A DNA stretch of 64,000 nt from the IMG/VR virus record IMGVR_UViG_3300037130_000236. The stretch is one strand, 5' to 3'. Position 1 is the first letter of the stretch. Every line of letters begins with the position of its first letter. Positions 48,828 to 58,677 of this stretch are shown here, piece after piece. The DNA comes from a virus. The notes beneath the pieces are model-generated. The model saw only the letters and a program-made list of their open reading frames with translations, was not told the DNA's origin and made no database searches. The translations under genes were made by a program, and so were the position numbers.

Positions 48828-50306
48828 ATGTTCAATTCCCTCCTTCTCGACAGCAACGACAGCGTCATCGCGGACCGGCTTTCGCGGCTGCAGGATTCCC
48901 TGCGCGGACTCACTCTCTCAACGCGCGAGGAGTACCAAGCCGCGGTGTATTCCATGGTCAATACGGTTTTGAATCTGGGCGATAACATGCAGACCTTGAC
49001 GCAGATCCGGTCGAAGCCTGCCATCGTTGGTGACCTGTCTCAGAACCTGACCCTGCTGAACCAGGACTCCAATGACATCGCTGCCGAGATCCTGAGGATC
49101 GAGAACAGCGCCGGCGACCTTTACAACCTTGCGGCCGCATCGCAGAACGCACTGCGCCAGCTGATCCGCCAGTCGATCTACATCTCGAACCAGCAGCAGT
49201 TCCTGGCGCCGTTCATTGACGATTCCGTTCTCCAGCCGGGTTACACGGCAACGCTTGATTACAACGCTGGTCTGGCAACACTTCCGTTGGGCACACAGAC
49301 CCTGCTTTCGCCGACTTTCTCGATAGGCATCGGCAGCTCAGGGAGCGCCGTCAATGCCATCAGCAACCTGTCTTCAACAACGGTGGGGACTTCCTTCCAA
49401 TGGTCTGGATCTTCCTTGGAGATGCTCCTGTCATTCCCCAGTCCGACGATCGTCAACAGGTTGCAGATCGCACTGGACACCTACACCGGCCTCGAGATCA
49501 CCAACTTGACCAGTTCTCCCGATGGTCTGGTATTCAACGACGTGCTGGCAGACCTCGATGTGCCCATGATCATTCTGGATGCCACCTCGGGGAAATGCTC
49601 TGGCGATGTGATCATCGACTTTCCGCCCCGTCTGGTTCAACAGATGAGGGTGGTGATTGCCTGCCGCGCGGGCCAGACGAGCTTTGCTCTGCGCTCGTTC
49701 AATGCCTACAAACGGTCCTACCAATCGTCGGGTATGGTGACGAGCCAGCCGATCTATCTCTCCAGCACCTCGGCCGAATTCGCCGCCGAGCAGGTCACCA
49801 CCAGCCCATACACTTCCATCACCCACCAGATCTCCACGGATGGTGTGAACTTCGTAAGCATCACACCTGGGGTCGTGGCTGTGTCACAACCCTTCTGGTA
49901 TCGGGCGATCCTGAATCGCAGCGATAGCGCCTTCAGCAAACAGAGTTCGCCGCTGTTGCCGCTGCCATCGAGTGCGGCTGCAAATACGCCGTACACGATC
50001 AACAGCCAGACCACCACGACTTTGAACAACGGGATGGTCGAGCAGACAATCGTCTTGAGCAATGTCACGGGCCCTGTGGTCTTTCAGGACGCACCGCTCA
50101 CCGGCAGTCTGAGCGCGCAGGTGGGATCGCTCTTCTTGAAGAACACTTCCGACTTCACGCTGACAGGCAACACTCTGACCTTCACAGCGACACAGCCCTT
50201 GGTGACCATCTCCTATCAGACGTCCGCACTGGGCGCATCGGCTCTTGCTTCGTTGCAAGGCTACTACTCCCCACTTCTCTACGAAGCCAGTTTCCAGGCA
50301 GTCTAA
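48828..50306 (+). CDS. Virion structural protein
   Basis: 492 aa, helical N-terminus plus beta-rich C-terminus. Confidence 0.7.
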   Translation: MFNSLLLDSNDSVIADRLSRLQDSLRGLTLSTREEYQAAVYSMVNTVLNLGDNMQTLTQIRSKPAIVGDLSQNLTLLNQDSNDIAAEILRIENSAGDLYNLAAASQNALRQLIRQSIYISNQQQFLAPFIDDSVLQPGYTATLDYNAGLATLPLGTQTLLSPTFSIGIGSSGSAVNAISNLSSTTVGTSFQWSGSSLEMLLSFPSPTIVNRLQIALDTYTGLEITNLTSSPDGLVFNDVLADLDVPMIILDATSGKCSGDVIIDFPPRLVQQMRVVIACRAGQTSFALRSFNAYKRSYQSSGMVTSQPIYLSSTSAEFAAEQVTTSPYTSITHQISTDGVNFVSITPGVVAVSQPFWYRAILNRSDSAFSKQSSPLLPLPSSAAANTPYTINSQTTTTLNNGMVEQTIVLSNVTGPVVFQDAPLTGSLSAQVGSLFLKNTSDFTLTGNTLTFTATQPLVTISYQTSALGASALASLQGYYSPLLYEASFQAV

Positions 50307-50308
50307 TC

Positions 50309-51652
50309 ATGAGCACATCCCTTCCCACATTCCAATTCGGTGAAGTTGCTTCGGCATCGCAGCTGATGGCTGCGTTCAATGTTCTGTGGAATCAGGGAGA
50401 GAACATCCTGAATGCCCTGACCAACTATCGCAATCTTTCGTTGGTGGATTTCCAGCAGCAGGTCGAGGCCCTGAACAGCCGGTTGCAACGGGCCAATCGC
50501 ATCAGTCCGCCCTACACGACCGTGAACTTTGTCACCACGGACTTTCTGGACATCGATCAGACTCAGACATCGGCCACGGTTCGTGCCGATGCGCAGGCCG
50601 TAACTCTCAAAGAGAGATCCACGACGACCAATGCCGTCATCCAGAACCAGACCTTTGCTACATCGGATGGAACGGCAGAAGCCATCTCGACTGACAATTC
50701 GCTCTATCGCGTCAACACGACGGACGGTTCAATTCCAACCGGCACATTCACGGTGCAGTTGGCTCAGTCCTTGAACATGACGGTGCTGACCTTTGACCTG
50801 GCTGCCATGCCGCCGACCCCGGTTTTCAAGGTCTCAGCATCACCTGACGGAACCACATTCACGCAAGCCGTACAGGTGAGCATGAACGGGTATCGCTTGA
50901 CGGCTTGGTTCGCGCCGATGGAGATGCTTTACATCACCTTGGCGATTACGCCGGCGGCCCCCGACACTCTGGGAGGTTCGTCATACACCTTCGGCCTTAC
51001 GGACTTCGCCGGGACTGAGACAGAATTCGAGATGGTGTCCGAGATGGTGACGAAACCCATCTTCTTCACTCCCGCCAGCGCCAGCCTGAAACTGGTCGCA
51101 CCTGCGACTCCAGGCATTCTTTACTTCCTCAGCTTCAATGGCGGCCTCTGGCAGGAGTATGCGGCTGGCAGTGTGGTTCCTGTTCCCAACACAGGCACAG
51201 TTTCGGCTACTGGTGTCACCGTGTCGGCCATGTCGGGCGCGCCGGAATATAGCGGTTACAGCATCAATATGCCAAGCGGCACTCGTGAGTTTGAAACGAT
51301 CTTCTTGAACTCGATCCAAGTCACTGACCTGACAACTGGGCTTCCGCTTAGAGTGGCACCGGGGCTGAACCCTGCATTTGCCAACCCCCTTGGGGTAAAC
51401 GGTGGAAGGTATGGACCTATTCCTGGGATGACTCATGACTATGTGGCGCAGGGTGGGTATGGGGGCGGTCTGATGCTGATCCCCGGCAACCCAACCAACA
51501 CCTTCTCAGGGAAGACCTACAGTGTCTCCTACTCAGGGGTCACCGCAAACTGGATTCCCATCACTTGGTCCGTGCAACTCAAAGTTCAACTGTCCACTTC
51601 AGATCGAACCGTGACGCCCACTTTCACCGGCGCGTCGCTGCAGGAGATGTAA
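50309..51652 (+). CDS. Virion structural protein
   Basis: 447 aa, same architecture as the two upstream genes. Confidence 0.7.
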   Translation: MSTSLPTFQFGEVASASQLMAAFNVLWNQGENILNALTNYRNLSLVDFQQQVEALNSRLQRANRISPPYTTVNFVTTDFLDIDQTQTSATVRADAQAVTLKERSTTTNAVIQNQTFATSDGTAEAISTDNSLYRVNTTDGSIPTGTFTVQLAQSLNMTVLTFDLAAMPPTPVFKVSASPDGTTFTQAVQVSMNGYRLTAWFAPMEMLYITLAITPAAPDTLGGSSYTFGLTDFAGTETEFEMVSEMVTKPIFFTPASASLKLVAPATPGILYFLSFNGGLWQEYAAGSVVPVPNTGTVSATGVTVSAMSGAPEYSGYSINMPSGTREFETIFLNSIQVTDLTTGLPLRVAPGLNPAFANPLGVNGGRYGPIPGMTHDYVAQGGYGGGLMLIPGNPTNTFSGKTYSVSYSGVTANWIPITWSVQLKVQLSTSDRTVTPTFTGASLQEM

Positions 51653-52134
51653 TGAAAGGCAAGCAACCCGTCATCGATGCATTGAACCAGGCCGCGCGCG
51701 GCGAGCTTCAGGCGATCTGCCAGTATCGCACCCACCGGGAACTGCAGAAGGCAGCAGGCTATAGCCGGCTGTCCAAGCGACTTTCGCGTGAGCACCTGGA
51801 AGACGAGGAGAGGCATCTTCGTCTGTTCATGGAGCGGATCATCTTCCTCGAAGGTGTTCCCGACATCAGCCACATGCCCAGCCTGAAGATTGGCGACAAC
51901 ATTCCGGCCCAGTTCGAGAACGACTTGTCGGCCGAGTATGAGGCGATCGCTCAATACAGAGAGGCATCCATTCTCTGCGGAACGCAGGGTGACTTCACCT
52001 CGCAGAACCTGTTCGAGGACATCCTGGCCGAGGAAGAAGATCACGCCTCGGACTTCGAGCAGCAACTTGCGGTCATCAATCAGACCGGGCTGGAGGCTTA
52101 CCTCGCCCGGAATTCACACGTTGAGGCGAAATAA
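51652..52134 (+). CDS. bfr: Bacterioferritin (heme-ligand Met replaced by Glu)
   Basis: MKGKQPVIDALN..GELQAICQY..DEERH..ERIIFLEG..DLSAE..EEEDH; ferroxidase ligands E18, E52, H55, E95, E128, H131. Confidence 0.9.
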   Translation: MKGKQPVIDALNQAARGELQAICQYRTHRELQKAAGYSRLSKRLSREHLEDEERHLRLFMERIIFLEGVPDISHMPSLKIGDNIPAQFENDLSAEYEAIAQYREASILCGTQGDFTSQNLFEDILAEEEDHASDFEQQLAVINQTGLEAYLARNSHVEAK

Positions 52135-52874
52135 TGGCCACTCTTCCGCTGACCTCTCTGGCGCTGGTCTCCACGCAGAGAACCGTTCCACTGAACGGTT
52201 CCCCAACGTCGCAGGACTACAACGATGACCAGAACGACGGGCTGATCGATCTCACATCGATCGTCTCGTTCATCAATGGGACACTCATTCCACTGCTGCA
52301 GGTGCTGCCTAGTCTGGCCGCGACCGCGGGCCTCGAAGGCCGCGCAATCAACACGGACTCAACCAACCTGACGGCGCTGTGCTTCAACGCTCTGACTTCG
52401 ACACCTCTGACGGTCGCCCAGTCTCTCAACTACTTGCAGAACCTGCAGACGAACTTGCAGGGCCAGATGACCAGCCTGAGCACACAGGTGGCGGTTCTCT
52501 CCTCGCAGTTGTCAGCCACCAACCAGAACGACATTTCACTGGCGTTGCAGAACTTCCAATCGGTGCTGAACACAACGACTGCGACTCTCAATGCCCTTCA
52601 GACTGCAGTCAACAACAACGCGGCCACAACGGCGCAGGTGGTGACGCCCTCGATTGCAGCATCGAGCCATACGAATGTCGTTGTGGGCTGGGCCAGTTCC
52701 TTCACCGGCAACAACTACACCGTCACCCTTTCGGTGGAAGATTCGACCGGCTTCCTGCAGATCGACTCCTGGTTCTATAACGCTGGCGGGGCAGGCGTGA
52801 CCGTCAAGGTAAGCAACACCGACTCCGCCGCTGCCCACACCGGCACCATTCATGCCATCGCCATTCCTGCCTAA
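52134..52874 (+). CDS. Coiled-coil fibre/whisker-like virion protein
   Basis: Central heptads and a beta-rich C-terminal domain; TAATG-coupled to bfr. Confidence 0.6.
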   Translation: MATLPLTSLALVSTQRTVPLNGSPTSQDYNDDQNDGLIDLTSIVSFINGTLIPLLQVLPSLAATAGLEGRAINTDSTNLTALCFNALTSTPLTVAQSLNYLQNLQTNLQGQMTSLSTQVAVLSSQLSATNQNDISLALQNFQSVLNTTTATLNALQTAVNNNAATTAQVVTPSIAASSHTNVVVGWASSFTGNNYTVTLSVEDSTGFLQIDSWFYNAGGAGVTVKVSNTDSAAAHTGTIHAIAIPA

Positions 52875-52881
52875 CTGTTAG
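52871..52881. promoter_or_regulatory. Operator-like palindrome CTAACTGTTAG
   Basis: Third exact CTAACNGTTAG, overlapping a stop codon just before the large fibre gene. Confidence 0.5.
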
Positions 52882-52916
52882 TAGGTATGCACAACTGCTG
52901 ACTTCCGAGGGACTCC

Positions 52917-55900
52917 GTGCGCCAGCTTAAATCCATCCTTGTATTCCTGTTCGTTCTCCTGCCTGTTCTGGCTTACGGCCAGGTCACGCAGCTTTCCGGG
53001 CCTGTAAAGAACAATGCCAATGCGGCCGTGCCGAATGCCACGGTGACGTTCGTCCTGACGAACTGCGGGTCATCTGCACCGACTAATCCAGTTGATGTGG
53101 CGATCACCACCTCCGGGGGTTATATCAATGCGGAGATCCCCAGGAACCACAGCTTCAAATGCATCGGAACAGACTATTACCAGGTCACACTGGCGGACGC
53201 TTCCGGCAATCTGATCTGGACGCGGCCTTACATGTTCACGACTCAGGTGGGCAACCTGAATAGTCCTCTGACGACGCTTCCTCCGGCGGTCCCTGGATTG
53301 AGTTCAGGAAATGGCGCGATTCTGGATGCAAAGCAGATCGGCGGTGTCTACCAGGTCGATCAGTTCTCTGGCTCGGACATCGGAGTCAAGATTGCCAATT
53401 GCCTGAGTGGGTTGAATCAGACCTACGGCGGCACCTGCGATGCACGGAACTTTGTGGGAACGCTGTCGATGGCGTCGAACCTGACGATCTCGACGACCAA
53501 CGCCGTGATCTATCTGCCTTGCGCCACGATCTCGACGGCCAGTCAGATCATAGTGCCGGCGGCAGTGCGCAACGTGGTTCTGCATGGCTGTTCTTTGCGA
53601 GGTATTAGCACCGCGAGTGGAAGCCAGGGAGGCACCGTTCTTTTGTACTCCGGGCCGAGCAATGCTGTTCAGGTCGGAGACACCACGTATGCCCAGAACA
53701 CAATGGGTTTCAAGATGGACAACGTGGCCATCAACACCACAGGATCGACCAGCGCGGCGACCGGCTTCTATGCCTATCGCGCGCAGGAGATCCGCCTTGA
53801 GAGCAGCTACTTCCTCGGCAACCAGAACCAGACTGGCATGACCATAGACGGCACCGGCAATTATGCCGGTGGCACCTTCGAGGACCTGGAGTTCACTGGC
53901 TTTGGACAGGCGATCAATGGCACGGGCCATCTGATCTCGAATGCAGCCACAACGGACTGGATGAATGCCAGCACCTTCATCAGAGTTCACATCGATTGCC
54001 CGGAGAGTAATGGCAATCCGATCACAGGGATCTACGGCATCAACCTGCAAGCAGGCGATGGGAATACCTTCATCGGCGGCGATGTCGAGGGTTGCGGGAC
54101 CATGTTCCATCTCGGCTCGCACGCACAGAACAACACGATCCTGGGCCTGCGCAACGAGGTCTCCGCCATTCAGTATCAGGCGGACTCGGGTTCGCAGTTC
54201 AATTCCGTGCTCACAGGCGGCACCTTCTTTACCGGCGATCTGATCGACAACGGCAGCCGCAACAACTTCGAGGATGCATTCCACCGCGACTCCAATGGCA
54301 TGAAGGGCGACTGGTACGCCAGCCAGCAAGATGTGACCATCGAAGATCACCAACGGCTCGGCATCGGTGTGGGTAATGAGCGCGGCCGATTGACTGAAGT
54401 CCAAACCGATTATGGATACCGTTGGATCTACGGTCTCGGTGATGGCACGTCGGGCATGCAGATGTATTACGTTCAGGACCTGCTCAACAGTGTGTACAGG
54501 CTCTCGATTGGACAATATCTCAGCGCGAACGGGAACTCCGTTGTGGGTGTGTCCCTGAACAACGGCGGGACCTACACGTCTTCGACACCGCCGACGATCA
54601 CATTCTCGGGTGGAGGCGGGACAGGCGCCGCCGGCACCGCTGTCATGTATGGAAGCGGCACCAGTTGGTACGTGCTTTCAGTTACCATGACCAACAACGG
54701 GTCTGGGTACACCAGCGCGCCTACGGTCACATTTACTGGGCCCAACCAGACCAAGGCGCCGAATGCCGTGGCCGAGATCACCCTGTCTGGAAGTACCAAC
54801 AACCAGACCGTGCTCAATGCTGCTGGCACCGGCGCGATTGTGCTCAATGGTTCTAACAACTCCGGTACTGGCGGCGTCATCTTCGGCTCTGGCGGCCCAA
54901 GCGAAACCACTGTTGGCTTGATCGATGGCCATGGCAACGCCACCTTCCAAGGCACTCTGACTGTGGCAGGCGAGACTGTCTTTCAGACCTCTGCTGAGGT
55001 GCGAAATGGTGTTGATGCTGAGTCGGACTTCTCGTTGTGGTCTGGCCTGACGACTGCTCAGAAGGAATCTCTCACCTACAAGGACTGGAATGGCAGCAGC
55101 CAGTGGTACATGGAGAAGGACCAGTACAACAACTGGGTGTTGAACTCCGCCGTTGACAACCTTGATCACTTCAAGGCCTACCAGAATGGAGATGACTATA
55201 TCGACGCGGCCAGCGGCGCAACGGTGCGTGTCAATTACGAGAGCGGTTCTGGTTCCGGTTTTGCTGTCTACGGCGGCAACAGCTCGACTTTGTATTTCAG
55301 CCTCACGGCAGCGAATGCTGTCAAGATCCCTGGGCTTGCCGCGAGCAGCGGGCACAACTGCTTGCAGATCGACAACTCGGGTTGGGTCACCAACACCGGC
55401 TCAGCTTGCGGATCTGGATCGACGGGCGGAACTGTCACCAGCGTTGGGCTGACAGAGACGGACAGTTCGAGCTATTTCACCATCACGAGCAGCCCTGTCA
55501 CTTCTTCCGGGAACCTCGGCATCAAGCTGACAAGCGTGACCGGCACTGGCAACCAACTGGTGACTTCGGCCAGTCCGGTCATCAATGATCTGGCCATGAC
55601 AGGCTACGCCGAGATCGGCGGCGCGCCGTATGCCTCGTCTCCGGAGTTTCTCATTGCAGATACGAGTGCTGTTGTGCCGATGTTCATCATGCCTACTTAC
55701 TTTGGCATCGTGGCTCCGAACTCTGGAGCTTACGATCTCATGGAGTTCTGGCAGAACGGCGCGATTGTCTTTGAGATGGGGATGGCCGGTGACATCACGA
55801 GAGGCAGCTGGTCGGGATCGCCGATCCAGAACGTGTACCTGGCCAATTCAACAATCGTCATCAACGGAACGACCTGCACACTGGGTTCTCCTTGCACGGT

Positions 55901-57977
55901 GAGCACCAGCACTTTCTCTGGCACTTCACTCCCCAGCACAGTGACCGGATCTTACCTCACCAGCGTCGGGACAATCACTACAGGCGTGTGGCAAGGAACT
56001 CCGATTGCGAACGCGTATTTGGCCAATTCCTCGACCACGGTCAACGGCCAGCCATGTGCTCTCGGCGGCGCCTGCACGATCACAGCTTCTCTTTCTGGCA
56101 CGAGCCTTCCCAGTTCGGTCGTGACCTCTTATCTGACGGCAGTGGGGACGATCACCACCGGCGTCTGGCAGGGCACGCCTGTTGCGAATGCCTATCTGGC
56201 CAACTCATCGGTGACGGTGGCGGGCCAGAGCTGCGTGCTTGGATCATCCTGCGCAATCGCCGCGGCGAACCTTAGCAACGGCACGAGCGGCTCCGGAGCA
56301 GTCGCGTTGGTAAACGCACCGACCTTCACGGGCAACGTCACGACACACGCGAACAATGCTGCCAGCCAGGACTACCTGATCATCCAGCCAGGCACAGGCG
56401 GCACCGACTACATCGGTGCTCTGGAGTTCGCCAACTACGCGGGCACCAGCCAATGGGAGATCCGCAAGGATGCGAGCAACACCTTCCGGATCCGGGACAC
56501 CGTCAACTCTGTGGATAGGTTCATTCAATATGCCGGCAGCCAGACACAAATCAACTCCGGTGGAACTTCTTCGGTGGCCATCAACGGCGCCAGCTCTTCT
56601 GGCTCCGGGGGCTTTGTGGTCTATGAAGGTGGGTTGAACTACACGACCCTTGCCTTCGCGGTGACCAGCTCGGGCAATGCCAATGTGGCCGGAGTCATCA
56701 CGGCGGCGGGTGTCAAGGATACAGCGATTCTCTCCGCATACCTGCTCGGGACCGACAGCAGCGGAGACTTGCTTGCGGAAACCATGTCGGGAGACGCAAC
56801 CCTCGGATCGGGAGGCGCCCTGACGCTGGCATCGGTGAACAGCGGCAGTGCAGGGAGCTTTGGCTCTTCGACTGCGATTCCCACCTTCACCGTCAATGCC
56901 AAGGGGCTCATCACCGCAGCCGGAACAACCGCGGTGGTTGCGCCAGCCGGTACGCTGACGGGGACGATCCTGGTCTCGACTGTGGTGACTTCCTCGCTGA
57001 CCTCTGTCGGCACGATCGGTACGGGCATTTGGCAAGGTACCGCCGTCGGAGTGGCCTACGGCGGCGTGAACAACACCGTGGCGCCGGCGGCCGGCCAGAT
57101 TCTCATTGCACAATCTGCGACGGCCTACGCCCCTGAGACGGTATCGGGTGACTGTACCCTGGCGATTACCGGCGCGTTTACTTGCACCAAGAGCAACGGT
57201 ACAGCATTTGGCACGGGTGCCTTTGCAATCGTCGCCAACTACGCTACGTTGGCTTCGCCGACATTCACCGGAACACCCTCCGCACCAACGCAGACTACCG
57301 GCGACAATACAACCGCCCTGGCAACGGATGTCTTTGTGAATGCATCCATCACAGCCGGCGGCTTCCTGACCACTTCTTCGGCTTCCAGCACGTACGCGCC
57401 GAAGGCCTCGCCAACTTTTAGTGGTACGGTTACGGTGCCAACAGAGACCATTGTCTCCAGCGGCAACATGCATTTGGACGCGGCAACCGGTGCTTACTAC
57501 GTTTGCATCAACTGCGACAACAATACCGGCACCAGCGGCTTCGTTGTCCAGAACGGCACAGGCAGCAGTCCCACAACTGAGTTCCAGGTCACCGGATCTG
57601 GCAACACGACGGCCACAGGCTACCTCTCTTCGAAGGGATGGTTCGGCAACTACACGGCTAGTTATACCGCCGGAGCGGCGGCAGGCACCAGCCCTACCAT
57701 TGCCTGCGCCACTACACATACCTGCACCAACATCCAGGGCACCTACAGCATCAAGACGGGCACCAGTCCCACGACCGGTACTCTCGTGACGATCAACCTC
57801 AATCACACGCAGAACAATATCCTCGACTGCTCGAGCGATCTCTGGCTCCCTGGCACTGGCCACATCCTTACCTACGAGCTCACCAACTCCACCACCAGCA
57901 CCATTGTGGTGACCTTGGATGCGGCCCTGACCGCGTCGACCACCTATTACTTCACCTACGTCTGCGGCAGCTACTAA
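52917..57977 (+). CDS. Large tail-fibre/tailspike-like adhesin with beta-helix region and Sec-type signal peptide
   Basis: 1686 aa; MRQLK-ILVFLFVLLPVL-AYG/Q N-terminus; pectin-lyase-like N/G/T-rich repeats; GTPTAPT/DN.T.LAT..FV fibre motif. Confidence 0.75.
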   Translation: MRQLKSILVFLFVLLPVLAYGQVTQLSGPVKNNANAAVPNATVTFVLTNCGSSAPTNPVDVAITTSGGYINAEIPRNHSFKCIGTDYYQVTLADASGNLIWTRPYMFTTQVGNLNSPLTTLPPAVPGLSSGNGAILDAKQIGGVYQVDQFSGSDIGVKIANCLSGLNQTYGGTCDARNFVGTLSMASNLTISTTNAVIYLPCATISTASQIIVPAAVRNVVLHGCSLRGISTASGSQGGTVLLYSGPSNAVQVGDTTYAQNTMGFKMDNVAINTTGSTSAATGFYAYRAQEIRLESSYFLGNQNQTGMTIDGTGNYAGGTFEDLEFTGFGQAINGTGHLISNAATTDWMNASTFIRVHIDCPESNGNPITGIYGINLQAGDGNTFIGGDVEGCGTMFHLGSHAQNNTILGLRNEVSAIQYQADSGSQFNSVLTGGTFFTGDLIDNGSRNNFEDAFHRDSNGMKGDWYASQQDVTIEDHQRLGIGVGNERGRLTEVQTDYGYRWIYGLGDGTSGMQMYYVQDLLNSVYRLSIGQYLSANGNSVVGVSLNNGGTYTSSTPPTITFSGGGGTGAAGTAVMYGSGTSWYVLSVTMTNNGSGYTSAPTVTFTGPNQTKAPNAVAEITLSGSTNNQTVLNAAGTGAIVLNGSNNSGTGGVIFGSGGPSETTVGLIDGHGNATFQGTLTVAGETVFQTSAEVRNGVDAESDFSLWSGLTTAQKESLTYKDWNGSSQWYMEKDQYNNWVLNSAVDNLDHFKAYQNGDDYIDAASGATVRVNYESGSGSGFAVYGGNSSTLYFSLTAANAVKIPGLAASSGHNCLQIDNSGWVTNTGSACGSGSTGGTVTSVGLTETDSSSYFTITSSPVTSSGNLGIKLTSVTGTGNQLVTSASPVINDLAMTGYAEIGGAPYASSPEFLIADTSAVVPMFIMPTYFGIVAPNSGAYDLMEFWQNGAIVFEMGMAGDITRGSWSGSPIQNVYLANSTIVINGTTCTLGSPCTVSTSTFSGTSLPSTVTGSYLTSVGTITTGVWQGTPIANAYLANSSTTVNGQPCALGGACTITASLSGTSLPSSVVTSYLTAVGTITTGVWQGTPVANAYLANSSVTVAGQSCVLGSSCAIAAANLSNGTSGSGAVALVNAPTFTGNVTTHANNAASQDYLIIQPGTGGTDYIGALEFANYAGTSQWEIRKDASNTFRIRDTVNSVDRFIQYAGSQTQINSGGTSSVAINGASSSGSGGFVVYEGGLNYTTLAFAVTSSGNANVAGVITAAGVKDTAILSAYLLGTDSSGDLLAETMSGDATLGSGGALTLASVNSGSAGSFGSSTAIPTFTVNAKGLITAAGTTAVVAPAGTLTGTILVSTVVTSSLTSVGTIGTGIWQGTAVGVAYGGVNNTVAPAAGQILIAQSATAYAPETVSGDCTLAITGAFTCTKSNGTAFGTGAFAIVANYATLASPTFTGTPSAPTQTTGDNTTALATDVFVNASITAGGFLTTSSASSTYAPKASPTFSGTVTVPTETIVSSGNMHLDAATGAYYVCINCDNNTGTSGFVVQNGTGSSPTTEFQVTGSGNTTATGYLSSKGWFGNYTASYTAGAAAGTSPTIACATTHTCTNIQGTYSIKTGTSPTTGTLVTINLNHTQNNILDCSSDLWLPGTGHILTYELTNSTTSTIVVTLDAALTASTTYYFTYVCGSY
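55800..56267 (+). repeat. 59-aa (177-nt) tandem repeat in the fibre gene
   Basis: Units at 55914 and 56091 (SGTSLPS.V..SYLT.VGTITTGVWQGTP.ANAYLANSS.TV.GQ.C.LG..C), partial unit upstream. Confidence 0.85.
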
Positions 57978-57985
57978 ATGGCTGG

Positions 57986-57997
57986 CTATACTAGACA
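57986..57997 (+). promoter_or_regulatory. Putative late-promoter motif CTATACTAGACA
   Basis: Same core; intergenic, before the GGAGG RBS of 58013. Confidence 0.55.
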
Positions 57998-58012
57998 GCT
58001 TTTGGAGGCAGC

Positions 58013-58414
58013 GTGCCTGTGGCAACGAAGACGCGGAAGCTGGTTTCCTATTCGGTCCGGCGGAAGCACAACCGGAAGCGGCCGGCCTCGAAGCTTGAGA
58101 AGGCAGTGTATGCCATGCTCAAGGCCGAGAAGATTCTCTTCACAAAGGAGAAGCAGATTGGCCGTTGTCATGTGGACGTCTTCATTGAGCCGTGGGCAGT
58201 CGTGGAGATCCAGGGATGCTACTGGCACAAGCACTCCTGCCACCGGCCCAAGGCAGGCTGGACGCACGAGGATCTGGCCGTTCAGGCCAGGGACACCGAT
58301 CGCTTTGCCTACCTCAAAGCTCAAGGCTACAAGGTTGTCGTAATCTGGGAGTGCGAGATCGAGCGAGATCAGGAATGGATTCGATCGCTGCTGCGCAGCC
58401 TCAAGCAGGTTTAG
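58013..58414 (+). CDS. Vsr/DUF559-family (PD-(D/E)XK) endonuclease
   Basis: SKLE..VDVF..VVEIQGCYWH.H..RD..LKAQGYKVVVIWECEI. Confidence 0.85.
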   Translation: MPVATKTRKLVSYSVRRKHNRKRPASKLEKAVYAMLKAEKILFTKEKQIGRCHVDVFIEPWAVVEIQGCYWHKHSCHRPKAGWTHEDLAVQARDTDRFAYLKAQGYKVVVIWECEIERDQEWIRSLLRSLKQV

Positions 58415-58677
58415 TGGCCGAGAAGATAGATTCCCAAAGCACCCACACCGATGATTCCTCCGACAACGAGCAGGACAAGACAGATGCTTATCAGGGCGGG
58501 CTGGATCGAGTTCTTCCAGGCATAGCGAACGGGATGATGTGCTTTCTCGTATGCCGCTTCTGCCAGGATTGCTTCTCGCGTGTCGAGGCTGACCCCTTCA
58601 GACCCAAACTCATCTCGTCGGTTGTATAAGGTCGTGGCAGTCCTTGTGGCGACCTGAATGATTGACAAGGGGTTCAT
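58411..58677 (-). CDS. Small protein with C-terminal TM helix
   Basis: 88 aa, strong C-terminal hydrophobic segment, fits the gap between + genes. Confidence 0.6.
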   Translation of the reverse strand: MNPLSIIQVATRTATTLYNRRDEFGSEGVSLDTREAILAEAAYEKAHHPVRYAWKNSIQPALISICLVLLVVGGIIGVGALGIYLLGH

